A stretch of 64,000 nucleotides of DNA, from contig NC_042999.1 in NCBI RefSeq assembly GCF_006345805.1, positions 136,028,001 through 136,092,000 of the forward strand, written 5' to 3'. This document shows positions 53,262-64,000 of this stretch, one piece after another; positions within the stretch are counted from its first letter, which is position 1; each line of letters opens with the position of its first letter. The translations under genes and the position numbers were made by a program. Origin of the DNA: Octopus sinensis. Its lineage: Eukaryota. Under the pieces are notes generated by a model. That model saw only the letters and a list, made by a program, of their open reading frames with translations, ran no database searches and had not been told where the DNA came from.

Positions 53262-53915
53262 CACTATTGCATATAACAGATTTTTATTCAGCTGCATAAC
53301 TATTTGCAGTACCAGTGAATGTTTATTCACTGCTTTCCTATTTATCAGTGGTGACAAATCTCATCTAAACATGTAGTTGGCTGTGAGCACATGCAACAGA
53401 CAATTCCCAACAAGGTATAAATACATCTGGCATTCTCACTAGCTGCTGCTCAGTTAATTTTCCTCTCTCTCCAATACATATTGCATTTTTAAACATGGCA
53501 TGTCCATGAGAAATATTACCTCCTGAAAAAATATCATTGTCTTTTAATGATGTATTTATATTAGGTATACTACATATGTAGCTATTTTAATATTATACAG
53601 CTTCTACTTCATATAATGGACTTTTATTCAGCCAGATGGCTATTTGCAACACCAGTGAATGTTTATTGTGACAACTCTTATGTAAGGAAGTGGCTGACTG
53701 TGAATATATGCCATTGACAATGCTCAACAAAGCAGGAATGCATTCAGTGTTGTCAGTAATTATTACTGGGATGATTTTTATCTTCCTCATCTCCCTCCAA
53801 TATATATTGTGCCTTTAAACACATTATGTCCATAACAAATATTATACCTTTCCGAATACCACTATAATTTTGTCTTTCAATGATGTCTTTACTTCAAGTA
53901 TGACTTATAGATGGC
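53262..53915 (+). repeat. Diverged tandem duplication, unit about 340 bp
   Basis: Collinear blocks ttttattcagc, tatttgca..accagtgaatgtttatt, tccaata.atattg, tgtccat, ttgtcttt.aatgatgt occur in both units. Confidence 0.75.
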
Positions 53916-54671
53916 TGTGTGTGTAATACACACACACACACACATGCGCACATACATGATACATACATACATATATACATTCATACATACATACATACAT
54001 GTCTGTACACATATGATGAGCATCTTTCAGTTTCTGTCACAGACATTCATAAGGTTGTGGCTGTATTGGGCTGTAGCAGAAGACATTTGCTCAACATACT
54101 GCATTGTCAGACTGAATTGGAAACCATGTGGGTAAGATGTATCATCATGATGATGATGATGATGATCATCATCATCACCAATAGCCACCTTTCCATAATT
54201 GCATGGATCACATTCATTGAGGCAAATTTTCTATGGCTGAATAGTAAAATAAGTAAAGTTATCTTCCCAAGTCATACCAACTCATAAAGACTGGTTTTCC
54301 AGTTTTATGAAGTATATCTCCCCCACCTGGATGAGATGTCAGCCCATCACAGGATTACTCCTTTTCACCAGCTGAGTGGACTGGAGCAACATGAAATGAA
54401 GTATTTTACTCCAGGACACAACGCATTGCCTGGTTCAGGAATTGAAACCACAATCTTAAGATAATGAGTCCAACACCCTAACCACTAAGCCATGTGCCTC
54501 CACCAATGGTTGAATGCCCTTCCTGTCACCAGTTTTCACTGTTTCCACACAGATTAATATTTCCCCATGACTGGACATGTATAGAAAACTAGAAATGAGA
54601 GTCACCCCTTGTATGATGGTAACATTCAATTATATCAAAGACAAAAACACATGCACACACACATATATACA

Positions 54672-54741
<70 letters not shown>

Positions 54742-55668
54742 GTATATATGTACATATTGAATAAGCTTCTTTCAGTTTCCATCCAGCATATCCCCTCACA
54801 AGGCTTAGTCTGCCTGGGGCTATAGTAGAAGATGCTCATCCAAGGCGCCATGCAAAAGGCTGAACTAAAAACCACATGGTTAGGAAGATTAGTTTTTGAC
54901 TACGCCACCACATGTTTGTGTGTGTGTGTGCATGCATGTATGATATACAAAATTTGACCCAGAAGTTGGGTTATTCTTTTCACTAATATTGCAAATTATA
55001 GCCATATCATAGCACTGAATAAGCACATAAAGGCATCTAGCAAAATGAAAATGACCAAAAATTTCAAAACCCTGCTGTTAGCATGGATAAATGTATATAA
55101 TCCAGCTCCATATAGCAAGAAATTCTTGCTTAATGCAAAATCTGCCTTTCTTAAGCTGCATGGAAACACAGGCATTCAGATCTTCCTCATGAAATGAAAT
55201 TTTTCTGATAATAATCCGTGTTGTTCCTTTGACTGACAGCAGCTTTCATTTTCTTTAGCACAATACCAACACATTAATATGGACACAATTTCCCCCCAGT
55301 TCTCTCTTTAGTAATATGCATATTTTGAAAAACCTCTCCTCTCTCTATCTGTATTGGCAATTGTACAATGTTGTAATGACAATTATACAACTCAGCGAAG
55401 TTTAGAAAATACCATACAATTTGTTATTGATTTTTTTGGACAAATCACAAGATGTTGTGTCAGTTGTTTAACAGGGGTCCCTTGGAAAGCTCAACATTTG
55501 ATATAAGGGAAAACATACATTCTCAAAGGCTTTCATTTCCATTGATGTTTTTCAATAAAATACACTGTCTTATAAAATAATGCTGCAATACACTTGTAAG
55601 AATAAATTAGTGAAATACAGCAAGTAGTTGGTGGGGAGGTCAATCATTAACGAAAATACTAGTTTTAA

Positions 55669-55888
55669 CCCTTTAGGATTTAAACAGGCTATATCTAACC
55701 CAAATATTCTGCATGTTTTGCATTTAAACCAGCTAGATCTGACCTTTCACACTTACCCTATGATATCATTCTAAAAATATACAATTGCATCATTGAAATC
55801 TTGAAGCTATGAGATAATATGTGATTAAATCTAAACAATGTGAGTAAATATGCATTAATTTTGACAGAATAATCTGAATACTGAAGAG
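55669..55888. mobile_element. piggyBac-like MITE
   Basis: TTAA|CCCTTT ... GAAGAG|TTAA. An inverted partial copy lies at about 59040-59235. Confidence 0.6.
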
Positions 55889-55989
55889 TTAATGTCTCTT
55901 GAAGCGAGAGTCATCAAATTCAGGACAAAAGACCTAGAAGGAAATATAAACCTCATTTTCCCTTATTTTTGAAAAAAGTTTTCTAATAA

Positions 55990-56370
55990 ATATAACTTAA
56001 AGTAGATGGAACTAGTGGAAGAGGGAGACCCAGGAAGACATGGGACAAAGTACTGAAGGCTGGTCTCAAGACACTGAGCCTTATGAAAGAGATGACTGAG
56101 AACTTATTTGGCACCTTGCTGTACTCAAGAAGACCCATTTGCTACAGCAGAATTGATACTGGTACTAATGCTACATAAAAAGCATCCAGCATCCAGTACA
56201 CTCTGTGGAGTGGCTGGCATTAGGATGGGTATCCAGTTACAGAAAATATGCCAGAATAGACAATGGAGCCTGGTGCAGCCCCTGGCCTTACCAGCTCTGG
56301 TCAAACTGTCCAACCCATGCCAACATAGAAAATGCATGTTAAATGAAGATAATGATGATGATGATGACAT
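55990..56370 (+). mobile_element. RTE LINE 3-prime fragment
   Basis: VDGTSGRGRPRKTWDKVLK, then the family UTR and (GAT)n tail. Confidence 0.75.
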
Positions 56371-56789
56371 TTTTTTCTAAACTACTATTAATTTCTTTTT
56401 AGAATATTTATATCTGCGTAATGGTTTGCTAGTTCAACCTCTGATTATCAGCAGGTAATTTGAGGTTATGCAGATTTTTTTAAACTAGAAACCTTTATCT
56501 CTTAACCCAGAACAGTGCATAAAGCTATCCACTTAGTTTAGAAATAAAGGTTTCTAGTTCAAATCAAGTGTGAAATCATGAACATATCCAGAAATAAGAC
56601 ACCTGATGACAACTGCATATGAAATTGATTGAATCTTAATGTAGATATAGATATTGTAAATATAGAGTACCAAATATGGCATTGATAACCCTGCAAATTA
56701 TAATCTTAATACAGTTAGTAACCCTTCATCCAAAATTCCCAAATCTGAAAACTTCTAAAATCCAAAATTTTTTTGAATGCAAGGTCTTT

Positions 56790-57200
56790 ATCTTTTATTT
56801 GTTTCAGTCATTAGACTGTGGCCATGCTGGGGCACCACCTTGAAGAATTTTTAGTTGAATGAATTGACTCCAGTAATTTTTTTTTTAGCCTGGTACTTAT
56901 TCTATCAATCTCTTTTGCTGAATTGCAAAGTTACAGGGACATAAACACACCAACACCAATTGCAAGTGGTTGTGGTGGTGGTGGTGGTAGGGACAAACAC
57001 AGACACAAAGACACACATGCACACATACACATATGATGGGCTTCTTTCAGTTTCTGTCTGTCAAATCCACTCACAAGGCTTTAGTCTGCCCAAGGCTATA
57101 ATAGAAGATAGTTGCCCAAAGTGCCATGCAGTGTGACTGAACCTGGAACCATGTGGTTAGGAAGTAAGCTTCTTAGAACACAGCCATGCCTGCACCTATG
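56790..57200 (-). mobile_element. tRNA-headed SINE (ccttgggcaagtgtcttct family)
   Basis: Collinear with 52608-53003. Confidence 0.8.
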
Positions 57201-57689
57201 CATGTAAATTGAAAATTCCAGGAAGCTCCAAGGAAGATTTAAAAAATAGGAGCGGTGGAGTTGTAGGTGAACATAAAACAAAAGTGATAAAAGTAAAAAT
57301 GGTATTTAGGTGTTTTTATGTGGTTGATAAACTCTGAAGTGAAAGTATAATAGGATGATTTATCTTGATGAACACATTCCTAAAGTGAATGTGGACTGAT
57401 GCCAACAACATATAACACTGCCTTCATGGTGTATGCATAAGCTGTATTATGAAACATAAATGGTTAATGTGTTAGGCTTAGCTCCCAAGCTAAGGCTGTC
57501 TGAAAATTTTTTTAAAATTGAAACACTTCTAGTCTTAAGCATTTCAGATAAAGTATCAGCAACTGTAACAATAACTCAGTTGGAACTTTTATACATGAAA
57601 ATAGTTGATTTTCAAGTTTATTCAATGCTTCATTTATCCAATCAGTTAACAGGAAAAAAAGGCTGATAATAAATTGAAGAAAACATAAA

Positions 57690-58110
57690 ATCATCATCGT
57701 CAACATTTAACATCCATTTTCCATGCTGGTATGAACTGAATGGCTTGACAGAAACTGGCGAGGCGCAGGGGCTACATCAGGTTCCATAGTCTGTTTTGGC
57801 TTGGTTTCTATGGCTGGATGCCCTTCCTAAGGCCAACCACTTCACAGATTGTACTAGGAGGTTTTTACATGGCACCATCAACAGTGCTTTTCATGTGGCA
57901 CCATCACCAGTGCTTTTTAATTGGAACCTTTGTTTTAGGATCTCAGTTCTGTTGTAGTGGGAAGGTCTTCTTGAGTACAGTAATGCATAACATATCTTAG
58001 TCCTCTGTCATCTCCTTCCTAAGGCTCAGCATTTTGAGATTGGCCTTTAATACTTTAATCCATGTCTTCTTGAGTTTTCTTCTTCCACAACTTCCCTCCA
58101 TTTTAAGTGG
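57690..58110 (-). mobile_element. RTE-related 3-prime fragment
   Basis: (CAT)n-tttaacatccattttccatgct start and family UTR motifs. Confidence 0.65.
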
Positions 58111-60614
58111 ACAAGATGATTGCAGCATTTGATCTTAAAGCTGCTGATTAGAGTTGTCTGGAGTTAAACAACAACAATAACAACATCAGAAGATGTACAT
58201 ATTTGTTTAATTAGTTTCTGATCTAAGCAAATATTTTCATCATCTGATGTTTTGGCTATTGTTGTTTTTTAGCTACAGACATCCCTGATCAGTAGCTCTA
58301 AGATCAAAGGCTGCAACCATCTGGTTTTCATTTTCAGGAACAGTATATCTAAAACTACATTATCCATTATGTATCCAATATGTTCTTCCTCTGTTGCTGC
58401 TGTTTAGTCCCCATTTTTTTCCAAGTCAGCCCTGATGGAACAAACTTATGGTCAAAGGCATTCCAGGCATGACCATCATGTTCTCTTGAATATATAAGAG
58501 TACACTGTCAAAGTGGTCTTTCTTTTTTTTAAGATAGTACAGTTTGATTGGAGGGAGATGTGGTTGTTATTTCTAGGATGTCATCAACCATGCAGAAGTT
58601 CCCTTATTATTACTCCTTTTTTGAAAGGTAAGAAAAGGCTGCTTTTTTTTTATCAAGACTGAATTATCAGAGATGTTAGCACATCAGTTGGAGTTGGAAT
58701 GCCTTGCATTGTGCTCCAGTTCCCTGCTCTCTGACTTCAAACTTTATCAGGGTCAACATTGCTTTTCATTCTTTTGGGGTCAATAAATGCAATTCAGAGT
58801 GGTAGGTTGGTGGAATTGTGAGAACCTCAGAAGAGTTGCCTTGTGGTATTTATTCTTGCTCATAGTGTTCCGAGTACAAATTCTGTCCAGGTATCAGTGG
58901 CCAAAGATAATCACCTAGCCTTGGATGTACCTCATTCAAGCAATTCGGCAACGTGAACAAGTAGGCTTTACAACCAGTATAGATAAGCCAGCAATAGTTA
59001 TGCTGAGAGTTAGCCCTTTTATCATTGAGATTACTTGGCCAAATGTAATATTTATTCACACTGTTTTGAATTAATCATATATTATCTTATAGCTTTGAGA
59101 TTTCAATGATGTAATTGTATATTTTTAGAATGACATTCTAGGGTAGGTATGACAGGCCAGACTGACCAGTTTAAATATAACACAAATAGAATATTTGGGC
59201 TTGATATGGCTGGTTTTGCAGTGGATTCAAAATAGTAAAATGAAAATGGAGGGTATGATTTGAGGGAAATTTGGCTGCTGTTTTTTGTAGCACAAGCAAC
59301 TGCATATATATCCTTTGTTGGCTTGAAATTCATCTTCGTCTATCTTATAATAAGCTGCAGGCCTATTTAATCAGTTGAAGATCTTATTTCTATTATTCAA
59401 CAAACAAAGTGTTAATAATATTAGACAGATGTAGAATTCCAAAAAGAAGAAATAAGTAACTGATATTTAAGCAATAACAACAGGTGATTAGCAAAGTGTA
59501 AACAAAAAATATGATAAAAGCTGTTTGATCTACATAAATACACTGACTGCTAAAAGTGTAATTATCAATAATTAGTTGTCAATCATCTTTCAAAACACAC
59601 AAGTAAATGGTTGGAGGACATTTTGATTTTCTAAAAAAACCACCTGAAAAGTCTTGTTAAACTAAGATGATGAGTTTACTGAGAACAAAAGGAATTCTAA
59701 TTGAAAAAAAGAAATAACAAAAAAACAAAACAAAACAAAAAAACAAACAAAACTTATTTGCAGAGAATTTGAAAAAGAAAAATTGAATATGTTCTATTTA
59801 TGTTCTAATACTGAATAAGGATAATGAGAATGATGAAGATAACAATGAATTAAGAAAAAGAGGAACTTTATTCTCCAAAATTTTAAGATATATCATCATC
59901 ATTGTCATCATCATCATCATCACCACCACCATCACAACCACCACTACTACCACTGTCATGATCATCACCATCATTTCTACATCTGCTTTTTCATGCAAAC
60001 AGTCTGTATTGGTCAACATATTGTCAGATTTGATATGAATTTGCAGCTCACCTAGATGGTTTAAGGATCACATTTCACTTGCATGTTCCATTTTTTTGTC
60101 TCTGTGATTTCTATATCTTCATACACTTCCTATTGCTAATCATTTTACAGAGAGTGTACTGAGTGCATTTTATTGTGATACCAACACTAAAGAGGTTGTC
60201 TTACTGTCTGGCAAGATTAAGGAGTTGTCTCTACATACTCTTTGTGTGTTCATTAGCAGCAGTAAGCTTACTAAGAAAGTTTCTTACATCACTATTGTAT
60301 ACTCAATCTTTTATTTTCTATCAACTGAGTAGGAAGAAAGACGAATCAAGAGGATAAAAACAGTAAGAAATGATAGGGTGTGATCTAAGAAAAATTCAAT
60401 TACTATTTTTAGCAGGTGACATGGTTGCATAAATGTTCTCCCTTCTAGTTATTATTGCCTTTGCTTGTATAGCATATCTGAAAGACTTTATGCTTGGTAA
60501 AACATATCAGAAAGAATACTATAGTGCAATATATAAGTTATATATTGAAAATATCCCATAGATACTAGGATAGAGATGTGAAAGACTAAAGATCATGCTG
60601 ATGGTATTTCATGT

Positions 60615-61245
60615 GTTGTGTGAAGTATTACTGTCTCTGGAATGTGTTACGCTTCACTATCACCAATGATCTCTCCTGGTGAAAGCACATCCTTAACGTA
60701 GCTAGGATCATGCCCCCAAAACTAGCTCGTCTCTTTGAAAATAGAAAATACTTCAGCCCTCAACATCTACTGATACTTTATGAAGCAGAAGTGAGGTCCA
60801 CAATACAATGTTCCTTCCACTTTGGGGCAATTCTGCTGTTGCAAATACTCACAGGTATCCTAGACTACAACATCCCAAGGCCACTGGACAGATTGATATA
60901 AACATATATCTCTGATTCACAGACATACTATGGCTCTCTCTGTGCCTTTTTTTGTTGTCACTATAATGGCCTTTGTTTCTCAGAGATAGTTGGTTTTGTG
61001 CCACTTCTATTAAAGTTCTTACCTTTTTTCCTATCATCATCCATGTTTTGTCCCCCCCCACATACAATAGACCCATCACTAATCACTACCACTAATCTCA
61101 TTATGCTACCCCACTGGAATCTCCTCCTTGCAGATATTATTCCTGCAGATGTTGACTTGCAACAGTTTAAGTGCACCTTTTATAACGTCAACCTCAATAG
61201 TTTCAGAAGGCCTGTGAGGGTTATGAAGACTGCTCTTGCCTCCTA
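60615..61245 (+). mobile_element. CR1/Jockey-like LINE 3-prime fragment
   Basis: LARLFENRKYFSPQHLLILYEAEVRSTIQ resembles the LFR.RKYF.P..LL.LYKAQIRP.LEY motif. Confidence 0.6.
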
Positions 61246-62619
61246 ATCCAGCAAGTTACAAAAAGCAACCCCACCACAAAAAAAACAAAAAAACCCTGCA
61301 TATTTTGACGTTTTACAACAACATCAGATAATTTATCAGTAACACAGATGGTTTGGCAAGTATTGTTCGGGTCATTATTAGAAGTGCTGATATTCCATTA
61401 AATGTAGATTTGTGATTTTCTTTCCATATTTGGCTGACATAAAATATGTGAGAAGAAGAATGCACAGTGCACACTTAAATACACTGGCAACTGTTTCTAT
61501 ATCACTGAAACACTATTTTCACATAAGATTGTTATGATATTCAATATCGATATAATGCAAATTTTAAGAAAAATATTTCATTTAAATAACTTTTCAAAAA
61601 ATTTTCTCGATTTAATGTCAACTTTACAGAAAGAAATATGAGAAGCCATTTTCTGAATGAAAATTTGTCAGCTACTTAGAAGAATATTTTCTTCCAGTTC
61701 TATAAGCATAGAACTTAAATGATTAATTTTAGTAAAATTTCTTCTTGGTGGCTGTGATGAAAATTTTATGAAATTTCCAGCATTCATATTTATAATAATT
61801 TGTTTCTTTTATACATTTTTTTTCCAAAAAAACCTATCATAAAATTAAACTTTGGAATATGTCAGAATAACTTGCAGTAAGTTTTACTGGAACATTTATT
61901 AATATTACTAAGTTGTTATTTGTCATAAGCCTCAAACTATTCATGTATAAATACATGTAGATATATACATAGATATAATCAGCGATGCTTATACATATAT
62001 AAGCATACATATCCACATATATGCACACACATAAACACTCAAATACCAAAAGCCAATCTACAACTTTAAAGGATTTTAGTTTCCTTTTTATCCTTTTCCA
62101 CAAATCAGACATTGTCAAAGCTTTCTATTTTTTTGGTATTTTTTGATTTTTCTCTTTAAATATTGTGATACAACTTATTTTTCATTATCTTCTTCACAAG
62201 AAATACATTTGAAAAATAATTCTATAATTCTATATACTTCTATAATTTTAGTCTTTAACACTTTTGGTGGTACATTGATTATAGTTCAAACAGGCTGAGG
62301 TATAGTTGACACAAAAGATATGCAACTGAAAATAGGGATCAATAATCAAGGCTGATGCTAGAAAGTGTGGAGCCCAGTTAGAAAATGTCAGTGGGGACAC
62401 TTACTCTGCAAAAACTGAAGATTGATGTTTTATGCTTTGTGTAGTGTGCCAGCCCCAGCCAAAAAGCATTGAAGGCTTGAGGCTACACCATTAACTACAA
62501 TGATACACTAAAAATTCATCATAGCATCCTCCACTTGAGTGTGTGCATGGTGCCCTCTCTTGGCACAAGACCTAATTTGAACAAATCTGTCTAATTGGCT
62601 TCAAAATGAATCCTGTCGA

Positions 62620-63395
62620 AGATGGTCCCTGGCATCATCATGATTTAGCATCAGCTGTCCATGCTGGCATGGGTTGCATGGTTTGACTAGGGCTGGCAAA
62701 CTGGAAGGCTGTACCAGACTCCAGTCTGATTTGGCATGGTTTCTATGGCATCCAGTCATAGAAACCATGCCAACAACTCTGAAAGTGTAATGGGTGCTTG
62801 TACATGCCAACAACTCTGAGAGTGTAATGGTGCATTTACGTGCCACTGGCCAACAACTAACGCCAACAACTCTGAGAGTGTAATGGGTGTTTTTATGTTC
62901 CACTGGCATGGGTACCATTTGTGGTATCTGGCATGACTGTGATTTTACTTGGCTTGATGGGTCTTCTGAAGAACAACATAATGCCAAAGGTCTTGGTCAT
63001 TGCCTCCACAATGCCCAACATTCGAAAGGAACTTTTCACATGCAACTGGCATCAGGCCCAATGCTCAAAAGGTGCTTTTTATGTGCCATCAGCACAGGTG
63101 CCAGTTATGTGCCATGACTACGATCTCACTTGGCTTGATAGGTCTTCTCAAGCCCAGCATATCACCAATGGTCGTGGTCATTAGTCATTGCCTCTGTGAG
63201 GCCCAAAGTTTGAATATCATGCTTCACCACCCATGTCTTCTTGGGTCTAACTCTTCCACAGGTTCCCTCCACTGTTAGGGTGTGACACGTCTTCACTCAG
63301 CTATCCTCGGCCATACACATCACATGATCATACCAGCACAGTTGCTCTTGCACACCACATCTGATGCCTCTTGTGCCCAACTTTTCTCTCACTTT
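62620..63395 (-). mobile_element. RTE-related 3-prime fragment with internal tandem amplification
   Basis: Family UTR motifs and three copies of gccaacaactctga.agtgtaatgg at 62766-62895. Confidence 0.7.
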
Positions 63396-63669
63396 AACAA
63401 AAATAATGTAATACAAGCAATTCTAATGAACTGAATTTAAATATTACAGACACCTGGCAATTGAATTAAAGACACATTGGGCTGTTTAATGAAAAGTTTG
63501 ATTAATGTTCCATTTAAATCTATCTCAAATGGATTAAAATAATAAAAGGTAAAATTGATAATTATAGTGGAATCCTCACTAACTGACTCTGATCTTCATC
63601 AGCTACAATAATCTACCACTTAGTTTTGATGTCACTCACCAGCACTTGCCAAAATATTTAATTTATAGT

Positions 63670-64000
63670 AGTGCATGGCTCAGTGATTAGAGCAGCAGGC
63701 TCACAATCATGAGGCAGAGAGTTCAATTCTCAGACCTGGCTATGTGTTGCGTTCTTGAGCAAGACACTTTATTTTTACATAGCTCTAGTTCACTCTTCTG
63801 TAGAAGTGAGTTATGACATCATTAGTTCCAAGCTGTATTAGCCTTTGTCCTTCCCTTGGATAACACTGGTGGCATGGAGAGGGGAAGCTAGTATACATGG
63901 GTGACTGCGGGCCTTCCATAAACAATCTTGCCCAAACTTGTGCTCGGAAGGTAACTTTCTAGGTGCAATCCCACTGTTATTCATGACTGAAGGGAGTCTT
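63670..64000 (+). mobile_element. tRNA-headed SINE with CORE-like domain, runs off the window
   Basis: tggctcagtgattag...gagttcaattctc...cttgagcaagacacttta. An inverted relative lies at 47280-47575. Confidence 0.7.

Noticed and set aside
53520-53522. ttttttcag-GAG-gtaata, a formal 3-nt microexon
   Set aside because: Not preserved in the second unit of the local duplication, and such short matches are expected by chance.

Overview
AT-rich, microsatellite- and retroposon-dense eukaryotic DNA. The repeat families look like those of an octopus or other coleoid cephalopod (inference from pattern recognition, not from a search). The only host gene I can support is TMEM245 (AI-2E-like membrane protein) on the minus strand: four GT-AG exons (22799-22921, 18948-19084, 14746-14846, 8511-8685) splice in frame into 178 codons of the conserved C-terminal half. 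The other exons were not found in the window. The rest is intron-like sequence: tRNA-headed SINEs, RTE, CR1/Jockey-like and R4/Dong-like LINE relics, two Helitron-like elements, a mariner remnant, a piggyBac-like MITE and simple repeats. Most supplied ORFs are microsatellite translations. The most interesting unexplained signals are several type I hammerhead-ribozyme-like folds (9910-9991 minus, beside a perfect 22-bp hairpin; 36858-36900 and 37377-37421 plus; two decayed copies), R4/Dong relics embedded in (TAA)n, and a 126-bp locally templated insertion. No CRISPR array, rRNA or genuine tRNA gene was seen.
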